A DNA stretch of 64,000 nt from Candidatus Poriferihabitaceae bacterium (GTDB lineage: Bacteria > Pseudomonadota > Gammaproteobacteria > Arenicellales > Poriferihabitantaceae): positions 1,005,278-1,069,277 of the forward strand of contig OZ243962.1 in NCBI GenBank assembly GCA_965214625.1, in the 5' to 3' direction. A program made the translations under genes and the position numbers. Positions 34,809-43,914 of this stretch are shown here, one piece after another. Below the pieces are notes generated by a model. It ran no database searches. It saw only the letters and a program-made list of their open reading frames with translations, and had not been told where the DNA came from. Position 1 is the stretch's first letter. Each line of letters opens with the position of its first letter.

Positions 34809-35769
34809 ACAGAGTCTCGCTCACGGAACGGGAAGCGAAATCGGCCGTTCGCAATGGTGGGATGTGTGGAAGCAGTTCACGACACACCGGGGGGCGCTGG
34901 TCGGCATTGTCGTCTTCACCTCGATCATTCTGACGGTACTGATCGGCCCCCTTGTCTACTGGAATGACCCGCAATTCGTGCCCTCGGGCCGTGACTTCAT
35001 CACACTCAGGGACACACGCCCACTCTATGTGGCACTGTGGGACACTGGCGCAAAGATCAACTGGGCGCATCCACTCGGCACTGACAATCTGGGACGGGAT
35101 ATTCTTGGGCGTCTACTGTCAGGCGGGCGCGTATCGATCGCCGTCGGCCTGACAGCAATGCTGCTCAGTCTTGCCATCGGCACAGTCATCGGCGTCCTCG
35201 CGGGTTATTTCCGACGGCTCGACGGACTGCTGATGCGTTTCACCGATCTTTTCCTTGCACTGCCCCTGCTACCCCTCTTGCTGGTCGCTGTGCTGCTTTT
35301 TCGTGCCCCCCTGTCTGCCACCTTTGGGCCCGAGGGGGGAATATTTGTCCTGATCGTAACACTGGTCGGCATCACGTCCTGGATGCAGACTGCGCGTATC
35401 GTCCGTGGTGATGTACTGGCACTCAAGGAGCGTGAATTTGTACTGGCGGCACGGTCGATCGGCACATCGCCGCCATGGATGATCCTGCGACATATCCTTC
35501 CCAACATCCTGTCACCCATCATGGTGTCGGCAACACTGGGGATTGCAACGGCCATCATCACCGAATCAGCACTTTCTTTCCTTGGCTTCGGTTTTCCACC
35601 GGACTTCCCGACCTGGGGCAAGCTGCTTTTCGATGCGGTCGACCGGATGGCGATCTACCCTGAACGCGTGGTGTGGCCCGGTCTCGCGATCTCGCTGACG
35701 GTTCTTTCCGTGAATTATATCGGTGACGGCCTGAGAGATGCCCTTGATCCAAGAATCCGCAATCGCTGA
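34801..35769 (+). CDS. ABC transporter permease (DppC-like)
   Basis: ATG 34801 overlaps the upstream stop. PLGTDNLGRDILGRLL and FVLAARSIGTSPPWMILRHILPNILSPIMV are typical. Confidence 0.88.
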   Translation: MTEQSLAHGTGSEIGRSQWWDVWKQFTTHRGALVGIVVFTSIILTVLIGPLVYWNDPQFVPSGRDFITLRDTRPLYVALWDTGAKINWAHPLGTDNLGRDILGRLLSGGRVSIAVGLTAMLLSLAIGTVIGVLAGYFRRLDGLLMRFTDLFLALPLLPLLLVAVLLFRAPLSATFGPEGGIFVLIVTLVGITSWMQTARIVRGDVLALKEREFVLAARSIGTSPPWMILRHILPNILSPIMVSATLGIATAIITESALSFLGFGFPPDFPTWGKLLFDAVDRMAIYPERVVWPGLAISLTVLSVNYIGDGLRDALDPRIRNR

Positions 35770-35943
35770 ATACAGCGGATGCCGTGAGGGGACCGTCTCC
35801 ACCCAATCATGACACCTTGGACCCGGCCAAGCCAGCAGCCCTCATCACCGGCCAAAAGCCGCCTGTCGCATCCCGGTGTGTTGGCAAATCAACGTCTGTA
35901 CTTCGTATAATACATCGTTTCCATTGCTGAATTTTCCAATACC

Positions 35944-36414
35944 ATGAAAGTGAGCATCGAAATTATCCCTGCCGTTCATGTCGCCCGAATTCGTCATGTT
36001 GGTCCTTACCAGGAAATCGGACCCTGTTTCATGCGGCTTTTTCAATGGGCCGCATCAATCGGCGCCGCTCCGGGTCGAGGAATCAGCCTGTCCCATGATG
36101 ATCCTGAGATCGTCGCACCGGCAAATCTTCGCTCGGATGCCTGTCTCGAATTGGAGACTGATGCCGTTCCACCCTCTGAAATCGTACTTGAAACCCTTCC
36201 GGCCGGCCGATTCGCCGTGTATACCCACCAGGGCCCCTACGACGGTATTGCCAGCGCATACCGTCAACTGTTCCATGAATGGTTGCCGACGTGTACAGAA
36301 GAGGCAGACAATGCCCCTTGCAGGGAGGTTTACCTTAACACGCCAATGGACACACCCCCTGAAGCATTACTGACAGAGCTTTGCCTGCCACTGAAAGCGG
36401 CAGACCTGAACTGA
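35944..36414 (+). CDS. GyrI-like (AraC effector-binding/SOUL-like) small-molecule-binding domain protein
   Basis: 156 aa. IEIIPAVHVARIRHVGPYQEIGPCFMRLFQWA ... LPAGRFAVYTHQGPYDGIASAYRQLF is the duplicated beta-alpha-beta-beta pattern of GyrI-like domains. Confidence 0.6.
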   Translation: MKVSIEIIPAVHVARIRHVGPYQEIGPCFMRLFQWAASIGAAPGRGISLSHDDPEIVAPANLRSDACLELETDAVPPSEIVLETLPAGRFAVYTHQGPYDGIASAYRQLFHEWLPTCTEEADNAPCREVYLNTPMDTPPEALLTELCLPLKAADLN

Positions 36415-36455
36415 CCACCAAAGTACCGCCGGGGTCACGTCTGAAGCCATCCATC

Positions 36456-36600
36456 CTGGTCCGGGAGGATCAGCGATGGCCTCGACGCAACAAAAGGAAG
36501 CGCATCCGGATCTTCCGAAAGTTCTGTAACGGTACGCAATCGGTCCGGTCACATAGGGGCAGCTTCGAATCACCCAAACAGGCTCTGCCGGAGGCACCAG
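36456..36600 (+). promoter_or_regulatory. Candidate (divergent) cobalamin riboswitch upstream of cobO
   Basis: Elements resembling the cobalamin riboswitch core occur in the expected order: AAAAGGAAGC (36492-36501), ATCCGG (36504-36509), CTGTAACGG (36524-36532) and the B12-box-like CAGGCTCTGCC (36579-36589). They are bracketed by CTGGT (36456-36460) and ACCAG (36596-36600), which could form P1. Several canonical positions are missing, so this is a by-eye match only. Confidence 0.3.
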
Positions 36601-36778
36601 TGTTTCAACTTTCAGGAAAGGAATATGAGCCGTTTTGATGATTTGTCGACGCACCGCTGAAATCACGTGATTGAGGAGAAGACCATAGCAACATTCGTTC
36701 CAAGTATTACTTGACCCAAACGAACACAGGGTCGAGAATCCGCCATGCTGAGCAATCGTAAGACCGAGTTGATAAACA

Positions 36779-37315
36779 ATGAAATCCAGAGAACGGCGGG
36801 AAGGCGTAACGCTGGTCCATACCGGAGAAGGAAAAGGCAAATCTTCCAGTGCTTTTGGCGTGGTCTTCCGCGCTGCGGGTTGGGGAATGAAGGTTTGTGT
36901 CATCCAGTACATCAAGGGCAAATGGAAAACCGGAGAGCAGCAGGCTGCCGAGAAATTTGACAATATCGAATGGCACGCCATGGGCGACGGGTTTACCTGG
37001 GACACTCAAAATCCGGATCAGGACATTAAGACATCCCGCCGTATCTGGGCATTCAGCAGACAAAAAATCCTATCCGGGGAATTCGATCTGGTGTTGCTCG
37101 ATGAGATCAATTATTGCAGCAGCTATGGATGGATTACCGGCCAGGAAATCGCCGATTTTATCCGCAATGAAAAACCGAACTGGTTGCACCTGTTGCTGAC
37201 CGGCCGGGATGCGCCACAGGAAATCATTGAGGCGGCCGACACTGTCACCGAGATGTGCAAACTCAAACATGCGTTTGACAGCGGTACCATGGCGGCCCAG
37301 GGCGTCGAATTTTAG
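36779..37315 (+). CDS. cobO: Cob(I)yrinic acid a,c-diamide / cob(I)alamin adenosyltransferase
   Basis: 178 aa. P-loop HTGEGKGKSSSAFG, VIQYIKGKW, DEINY and a C-terminal pattern typical of CobO/BtuR. Confidence 0.85.
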   Translation: MKSRERREGVTLVHTGEGKGKSSSAFGVVFRAAGWGMKVCVIQYIKGKWKTGEQQAAEKFDNIEWHAMGDGFTWDTQNPDQDIKTSRRIWAFSRQKILSGEFDLVLLDEINYCSSYGWITGQEIADFIRNEKPNWLHLLLTGRDAPQEIIEAADTVTEMCKLKHAFDSGTMAAQGVEF

Positions 37316-37588
37316 CCACCCCGGGTCCGTCACTGCTTTGATCAGAAATCAGACAATCGATCCGGAGCGAGGCATCTTGTCAGTTTGTCGAATGCCGTTT
37401 TATGCCCTCAAAGGGCATCACGGTGAACCTGGATCCACTGTATAACCGCTGTCCGGCTCTCATTATCCCCATGCCACGCCGTAACGGTCTGCTGTTGTTA
37501 TACAGGAAATCCGGTTACTATAATCCGATTCGGCTGTTCAGGTGATCCGCTGATTCCTATGTGTGCATCCTGATTTTCAAAAACCGAT

Positions 37589-38833
37589 ATGAAACGTTAC
37601 TCAATTTTCAGTCTGCTGCGAAACGCGGTCAGTTATCACCAGAACTGGCAGCGCGCCTGGCGCAGTCCCGAGCCCAGAAAAAAGTACGATGTCGTGATTG
37701 TCGGTGGGGGCGGTCATGGCCTGGCAACGGCCTATTATCTTGCCAAGGAATGCGGCATCAGCAATGTTGCGGTTGTTGAAAAAGGTTGGCTCGGTGGCGG
37801 CAATACCGGGCGCAACACCACCATTGTTCGTTCCAATTATCTGTGGGATGAATCAGCTGCCATTTATGAGCACGCGATGAAGCTATGGGAAAACCTGAGT
37901 GGCGAACTCAACTACAATGTCATGTTCTCCCAGCGGGGTCTTTTGCATCTGGCGCATAGCGTACACGATATGCAGGAAATCGGCCGACGTGGCCACGCCA
38001 TTCATCTCAATGGCATTGATTCGGAGTTCCTGACACCCGCTCAGGTCAAGGAGCTGGTTCCCTTTATCAATCTGAAATGCCGTTATCCGGTCATGGGTGC
38101 CTTGCTGCAACGCCGGGGCGGCACCGCCCGTCACGATGCGGTGGCATGGGGATACGCCCGGGCAGCGGATGCCCTGGGCGTCGATATTATCCAAAATTGC
38201 GAGGTCACCGGTTTCCAGATTGAAGACAATGCCGTCAGGGGGGTGAGGACGAATCGGGGATTGATTGGTGCCCGGAAAGTGGGCTGTGTGGTCGCCGGTC
38301 ACTGCAGTGTGCTTGCCGAGATGGCGGGATTCCGGTTGCCCATTGAATCTTTTCCGTTACAGGCTCTGGTCTCCGAACCGATGAAGCCGGTGCTGAACTG
38401 CGTCGTGATGTCGGGCAGCGTCCACGCCTACATCAGCCAATCCGACAAAGGTGAACTGGTGATTGGTGCCGGTTCCGATATTTATAATTCCTACTCCCAA
38501 CGTGGCGGTTTTAACGTGATCGAAGAAACCGTTGGCCCCGTGGTCGAGTTATACCCCGTGTTCTCAAGAGTCAAAATGCTCCGACACTGGGGCGGTATCG
38601 TCGATGTGACGGTTGACCGGTCACCGGTGATCTCGACCACCCCCGTCCATAACCTGTTCTTTAACTGCGGCTGGGGAACCGGTGGGTTTAAGGCCACACC
38701 CGGTTCGGGTCACGTGTTTGCCCACTCCATTGCCCAAGGCATCATGCATCCGATTGCAGAACCGTTCTCCATGAATCGTTTCAATACCGGAGCCTTGATT
38801 GATGAAGGCGCCGCCGCAGCCGTCGCACACTGA
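37589..38833 (+). CDS. soxB: Sarcosine oxidase subunit beta
   Basis: 414 aa. [24 protein letters not shown]... then FAD fold [22 protein letters not shown]; followed by the delta, alpha and gamma genes. Confidence 0.92.
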   Translation: MKRYSIFSLLRNAVSYHQNWQRAWRSPEPRKKYDVVIVGGGGHGLATAYYLAKECGISNVAVVEKGWLGGGNTGRNTTIVRSNYLWDESAAIYEHAMKLWENLSGELNYNVMFSQRGLLHLAHSVHDMQEIGRRGHAIHLNGIDSEFLTPAQVKELVPFINLKCRYPVMGALLQRRGGTARHDAVAWGYARAADALGVDIIQNCEVTGFQIEDNAVRGVRTNRGLIGARKVGCVVAGHCSVLAEMAGFRLPIESFPLQALVSEPMKPVLNCVVMSGSVHAYISQSDKGELVIGAGSDIYNSYSQRGGFNVIEETVGPVVELYPVFSRVKMLRHWGGIVDVTVDRSPVISTTPVHNLFFNCGWGTGGFKATPGSGHVFAHSIAQGIMHPIAEPFSMNRFNTGALIDEGAAAAVAH

Positions 38834-38845
38834 TTGAGGATCGAG

Positions 38846-39127
38846 ATGCTACTGATCGAATGCCCCTGGTGCGGAAAACGTGACCAGACTGAATTCAGCT
38901 ACCATGGCGAGGCCCATATCACCCGCCCGGCCGACCCGGATGCGCTTTCCGAAGAGGAATGGGGGGACTATGTTTTCTTTCGGAAAAACACCAAGGGCAT
39001 CCACCATGAAAGATGGGCTCATGCCCACGGCTGCAGACGATGGTTCGTGGTAATTCGAAACACATTGTCAGACCATATTTATGCGTCTTACCGACCGGGT
39101 GAGGCTCCACCCGAGGTAGAAACATGA
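38846..39127 (+). CDS. soxD: Sarcosine oxidase subunit delta
   Basis: MLLIECPWCGKRDQTEFSYHGEAHITRP... (Zn-ribbon-like start typical of SoxD) from ATG 38846. Its stop overlaps the soxA ATG (ATGA). Confidence 0.9.
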   Translation: MLLIECPWCGKRDQTEFSYHGEAHITRPADPDALSEEEWGDYVFFRKNTKGIHHERWAHAHGCRRWFVVIRNTLSDHIYASYRPGEAPPEVET

Positions 39128-42100
39128 CCCAGATACAGCGCCTCAGCCAGGGAGGGCGGATCAACCGCACCAAATTGATCCGGTTCTGGTTTGACGACAA
39201 GGCCTATCAGGGCTATCCCGGCGATACGCTGGCCTCCGCCTTGCTTGCCAATGGCATCATGCTGATCGGCCGCAGTTTCAAGTACCATCGGCCAAGAGGC
39301 ATTTATTCGGCCGGATCCGAAGAACCGAATGCTCTGGTCCAGCTGGGAAAGGGCGCCTACACCGAGCCAAACCGAAGGGCAACCGAAGTCGAACTGTATG
39401 ACGGTCTCATTGCCCATTCCCAGAACTGCTGGCCATCGGTCAAGTTTGATTTGGGTGCGATCAGTTCGTCGATTGCCCGCCTGTTGCCGGCCGGATTCTA
39501 CTACAAGACCTTCATGTGGCCACGGTCTTTCTGGATGGTCTATGAAAGATACATTCGCAAGGCAGCCGGGCTGGGTGTCTCACCGGCGGAGACCGATCCG
39601 GACCGTTACGACAAAGCGTACGTACACTGCGACATCCTCGTGGTCGGCGGCGGTCCGGCCGGCCTCAGTGCGGCCTATACGGCAGGCATGACCGGTGCTG
39701 AAGTCATACTGGTGGATGAAAAAAATGAATTCGGCGGTTCTTTGCTTTTTGAGACCGGAGAAATCGACGGCTCACCGATCAGCACCTGGCTGGCCGACCA
39801 GATCGCTGCATTGAAAAAACTGACCAATGTCACTTTGCTGGAAAGAACGACGGTCACGGGCTACTATGACTACAATTTTCTGGTCGCCAACCAGCGTTGC
39901 ACCGAACATCTGGGACCGAACCGGTCGGGCAATTTGCCGAAGGAGCGCCTGTGGAAAATACGGGCCAACCAGGTCGTCCTGGCAACCGGCGCCATAGAGC
40001 GCCCCCTCGTTTTTGCCGATAATGACCGGCCCGGTATCATGCTGGCCAGTGCCGTCAGACACTACATCAACCGATTCGCCGTTCTGCCCGGGAAAAGGAT
40101 CGCGATCCTGACCAACAATGACAGTGCCTACCAAACCGCAATTGACGGCAAACAGGCCGGGGCCCATGTTGAAGTGATCGATATTCGTGATAATCCGCAG
40201 GGGACACTGGTTGATCAGGCGAGGGAACTGGATATCGATATCACCGTCGGCAGTGTGATCAGCGGGGTGCATTATGCCAGTCACAGGATCAGGCACATTG
40301 AAATCCGGTCACTCACTCAAGACGGTCGCCAGGTCAACGGTCCAAAACAAAACCGGACGATTGATCTGGTCGGTGTCTCGGGGGGGTGGACGCCCACGGT
40401 CCATCTGTACTGTCAGGCGAAAGGCAAGCTCAAGTTTCTGGAAGACCGGCACTGTTTTATTGCCGATACCGATGTGCCGAACGAACTGAACCGAAACAAC
40501 CACTCATTCAGTGCAGGCGCCTGCACCGCATCCTATGGATTAAAGGCCTGCCTGACGGAAGGCCGGCAGGCAGGCGACGCAGCGGCCACAGCGGCCGGTT
40601 TTGCCGCAGTGGAATCGGTCCATCCCCCGGTTTGCAGCGAGACACAAGACGGGCCAATGAAACCCTTGTGGGTACTGCCTTGTGACCATCCTATCGGCAA
40701 AGGGCAAAAAAAGCACTTTCACGAACTGCATAATGATTCCACCATTGCCGATATTGAACTCGCCGTTCGCGAAGGATTCGAGTCGGTGGAACATCTGAAA
40801 CGCTATACCACCACCGGCATGGGAACCGATCAGGGCAAACTGTCCAATGTCAATGCACTCGCCGTCATGGCCGACCTGCGTGGCACGGCAATTCCGGCAA
40901 TCGGAACCACGACATTTCGTCCTCCCTACACGCCCGTCACCTTCGGGTCTGTCGTCGGGCACGACAGACGTGAACTGTTTCTGCAAAAGCGCAAGACGCC
41001 GATCCACCGCTGGCATGACCGCCACGGAGCCGTGTATGAGGATGTGGGCGACTGGAAACGTCCCCGGTACTTTCCCCGGAACAAGGAAGACATGCATGCT
41101 GCGATACAACGCGAATGCCTCGCAACCCGAACTTCCGTGGGGATGCTGGATGCCTCCACATTGGGCAAAATTGATCTTCAGGGTCCCGATTGCAAACCAT
41201 TGCTCAACATGCTCTACACCAACGCCTGGGACCGGTTGATGCCCGGGAAATGCCGATATGGCCTGATGCTGAACGAACACGGGATGGTTTTCGACGATGG
41301 GGTGACAACCTGCCTTGAGAAAAACCACTATCACATGACGACCACAACCGGTGGTGCCGCCCGCGTGATGAACTGGATTGAAGAGTGGTTGCAGACCGAA
41401 TGGCCGCAAATGAAGGTCTATGCCACCAGCGTCACCGAACAATGGGCCGTGGTCGCTCTCAGCGGCCCCAACAGCCGCGCACTGTTGAGTACACTGACGG
41501 ATACGCCCCTGGATGATGACGCGTTTCCCTTCATGTCGATGCAGGAGATGACTGTTGCGGGTCTCCCTGCCAGAGTGTTCAGGATCAGTTTTACGGGTGG
41601 CCTGGGATTCGAAATCAATGTGCCGGCACGATTTGGCCTGTCGTTATGGAAACGCCTGATGGAAGCCGGTACCGATTTTGACCTCTGTCCCTATGGCACC
41701 GAGGCGATGCATGTTCTGCGTGCTGAAAAAGGCTTTATTATCGTCGGACAGGAAACCGACGGGACCGTTACGCCGATGGACTTGGGGATGGACTGGATTG
41801 TCTCGAAAAAGAAAGGAGATTTCATTGGTCGCCGATCGCTCAGCCGAACCGATACCGCCCGCAACGACCGCAAGCAATTGGTCGGCGTACTGACCGAAGA
41901 TCCCCGGCATGTGCTGAAAGAAGGCGCCCATTTGGTCGAAACCTTAAATGAGAAACCGCCCATGGACATGATCGGGCATGTCACCTCCAGTTATATGAGC
42001 CCCAACGCCGGCCGTTCAATTGCCCTGGCGCTGGTTAAAGACGGTTTCAATCGCAAGGGGGGAACCTACCATGTCCCCCTGATAAGTGGCGGTCATCAAG

Positions 42101-42159
42101 CCGTCACATTGACTGATCCGATTTTCCTTGACCCCCAAAAAGAACCTGCTCATGACTGA
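39124..42159 (+). CDS. soxA: Sarcosine oxidase subunit alpha
   Basis: 1011 aa. N-terminal RLSQGGRINRTKLIRFWFDDKAYQGYPGDTLASALLANG, NAD/FAD fold DILVVGGGPAGLSAA, and a C-terminal GcvT-like folate-binding domain. Confidence 0.93.
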   Translation: MTQIQRLSQGGRINRTKLIRFWFDDKAYQGYPGDTLASALLANGIMLIGRSFKYHRPRGIYSAGSEEPNALVQLGKGAYTEPNRRATEVELYDGLIAHSQNCWPSVKFDLGAISSSIARLLPAGFYYKTFMWPRSFWMVYERYIRKAAGLGVSPAETDPDRYDKAYVHCDILVVGGGPAGLSAAYTAGMTGAEVILVDEKNEFGGSLLFETGEIDGSPISTWLADQIAALKKLTNVTLLERTTVTGYYDYNFLVANQRCTEHLGPNRSGNLPKERLWKIRANQVVLATGAIERPLVFADNDRPGIMLASAVRHYINRFAVLPGKRIAILTNNDSAYQTAIDGKQAGAHVEVIDIRDNPQGTLVDQARELDIDITVGSVISGVHYASHRIRHIEIRSLTQDGRQVNGPKQNRTIDLVGVSGGWTPTVHLYCQAKGKLKFLEDRHCFIADTDVPNELNRNNHSFSAGACTASYGLKACLTEGRQAGDAAATAAGFAAVESVHPPVCSETQDGPMKPLWVLPCDHPIGKGQKKHFHELHNDSTIADIELAVREGFESVEHLKRYTTTGMGTDQGKLSNVNALAVMADLRGTAIPAIGTTTFRPPYTPVTFGSVVGHDRRELFLQKRKTPIHRWHDRHGAVYEDVGDWKRPRYFPRNKEDMHAAIQRECLATRTSVGMLDASTLGKIDLQGPDCKPLLNMLYTNAWDRLMPGKCRYGLMLNEHGMVFDDGVTTCLEKNHYHMTTTTGGAARVMNWIEEWLQTEWPQMKVYATSVTEQWAVVALSGPNSRALLSTLTDTPLDDDAFPFMSMQEMTVAGLPARVFRISFTGGLGFEINVPARFGLSLWKRLMEAGTDFDLCPYGTEAMHVLRAEKGFIIVGQETDGTVTPMDLGMDWIVSKKKGDFIGRRSLSRTDTARNDRKQLVGVLTEDPRHVLKEGAHLVETLNEKPPMDMIGHVTSSYMSPNAGRSIALALVKDGFNRKGGTYHVPLISGGHQAVTLTDPIFLDPQKEPAHD

Positions 42160-42742
42160 TTCTCCATCACAAGGCATCGGCATTGACCCCACGTCTCCCG
42201 CCTCTCAGCGTGAGCCTGTCGGTGGGACCAATCGCCTGTGTGAATTGCCGTGGATCGGTAAAATCAACTTGCGTATGGACCCATCAAACAAGGAAGTCGT
42301 CCACCAGATCACCGAACGGCTGGAATGTGACCTGCCCCTTCAGGCCAACACGCTGGTTGAAAACGAGACCCAGACCGTTTACTGGCTGGGACCGGACGAA
42401 TGGTTGATTCATTGTGACATGGATGCGGTTACCCCCACCCTCGAACGACTCAAAACCGCTTTGCAAGATACCCATCATGCACTGACGGAGGTCTCCGACT
42501 ACTATACCGTTCTTCAATTACAGGGACCGGATGCCCTGACGCTGCTCAGCAAGGCCTGTCCCTTGAATCTGCATCCCAGGGTCTTCAAGGCGGCTCACTG
42601 TGCACAAACACGGTTTGGCCATGCCAGCGTCCTGCTGCACAAACTCAATCATAACCCCGTGTTTCATATCCAGGTCAGGTGGAGTTATACGGAATATGTC
42701 TGGGACTATCTGTGCAGTGCAATGGCCATTTTGGATACCTGA
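42152..42742 (+). CDS. soxG: Sarcosine oxidase subunit gamma
   Basis: About 196 aa from ATG 42152, overlapping the soxA stop. Position and size fit SoxG; sequence strings are weakly diagnostic (VYWLGPDEWLI). Confidence 0.75.
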   Translation: MTDSPSQGIGIDPTSPASQREPVGGTNRLCELPWIGKINLRMDPSNKEVVHQITERLECDLPLQANTLVENETQTVYWLGPDEWLIHCDMDAVTPTLERLKTALQDTHHALTEVSDYYTVLQLQGPDALTLLSKACPLNLHPRVFKAAHCAQTRFGHASVLLHKLNHNPVFHIQVRWSYTEYVWDYLCSAMAILDT

Positions 42743-42949
42743 CACACGATACGGTCTGCGAAAAGATGACCTTTGTCCAAGGGTGGACCGGCAGTTTACG
42801 GTTGGCCGGTATACAGACAACACCCCGCTCATGACAGCACCTTCTGCCAGGCTGTTATCGTCGCGCCCCCGTTCGACCCTGGAAATGGGGTTCCCCCTGA
42901 AAACGATTTTCATCCCTTCCGACCAGGGCTCAAACACACCTTTGACCTG

Positions 42950-43606
42950 ATGGTTCTTGATCCGACACTGACACTGGCCTATTTGGTTTTGGCAACCGTA
43001 CTTGCGGTGTCTCCCGGTCCCGACGTGTTGTTTGTGGTTGCCAACGGTATCCGGCATCAACACAAGGGGGCCATCGCCGCCGCCTTTGGTATCGCTGCCG
43101 GTTCGTTCTTTCATGCCATCGCCGCCGCGGTGGGCATTTCGGCAGTGATCAAAACATTCCCCGTGGCATTTGACCTGCTCAAGTACAGCGGTGCGGCTTA
43201 TTTATTCTACCTCGGAATGCAGGCCCTGCATTCTTGGGTAAACCAGACGGCAGGTCACCTTGATGTCAACGCACAAGGCATCGGGGCCTCCGTCTGGAAG
43301 GTATTTTATCGGGGATTCATCACCAATCTCCTGAACCCCAAAGTCATCATCTTCTATCTGGCTTTACTGCCACAATTCGTCAATGTTGAGCTGGGCCATG
43401 TGGGGCTTCAGGCCTTCTTTCTGGGGTGTATTCACAACCTCATTGGCCTGATTTTTCTTATTTTCATTGGTCTGGTTGCCGGACAGGCCACTGACTGGCT
43501 GAAACAAACCCATCTCGGGCGTCACCTGGAGGGTATCGCCGGTCTTTTCTTCGTTGGTCTTGCGCTGAGACTGCTCCTTTCAGACAGACCCGGCAACGCT
43601 GCCTAA
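42950..43606 (+). CDS. LysE/RhtB-family amino-acid exporter
   Basis: 218 aa from ATG 42950: LAYLVLATVLAVSPGPDVLFVVANG..., NLLNPKVIIFYLALLPQFV. The track ORF's 59 upstream codons are unlikely to be translated. Confidence 0.8.
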   Translation: MVLDPTLTLAYLVLATVLAVSPGPDVLFVVANGIRHQHKGAIAAAFGIAAGSFFHAIAAAVGISAVIKTFPVAFDLLKYSGAAYLFYLGMQALHSWVNQTAGHLDVNAQGIGASVWKVFYRGFITNLLNPKVIIFYLALLPQFVNVELGHVGLQAFFLGCIHNLIGLIFLIFIGLVAGQATDWLKQTHLGRHLEGIAGLFFVGLALRLLLSDRPGNAA

Positions 43607-43914
43607 TGACAAACCCTGTTCGCTCCTGGCGCAAAGCCAGTCCAGCCTTTCCGGTACGTCACCGCATCAGGGTCAAGTCCCCCGACATGATGCGCTGGCC
43701 TGATCCCGTAGGCACTGACCGTTTGTTCCATTGCGACCGGATGCGGCCATAAGCGGTACACCCTGAATCCGCCGACATCTCTTGGGGGACAAGGGAGATC
43801 TCTCAATTGGGTTGTTGGAGTTCAATCCCGTCCATCGCAAACCGGTCAGTGATCGATTGTCGCATCGCTTTGATATCAACCATCGGTTCTTGCTGATCAG
43901 GGTTCATCCGATCA

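Noticed and set aside
36367-37005. 212-aa minus-strand ORF overlapping the cobO 5' end and its leader
   Set aside because: It conflicts with the clear CobO P-loop protein on the + strand, and its translation has no family resemblance. The non-coding part of the region is better explained as a leader or possible riboswitch.
40540-41442. 300-aa minus-strand ORF inside soxA
   Set aside because: Antisense to a very well supported sarcosine oxidase alpha subunit; shadow ORF. The same applies to 39772..40296 and 41644..41984.
42518-43114. 198-aa minus-strand ORF across the soxG / lysE-family junction
   Set aside because: It overlaps two supported + strand genes and has no motifs.
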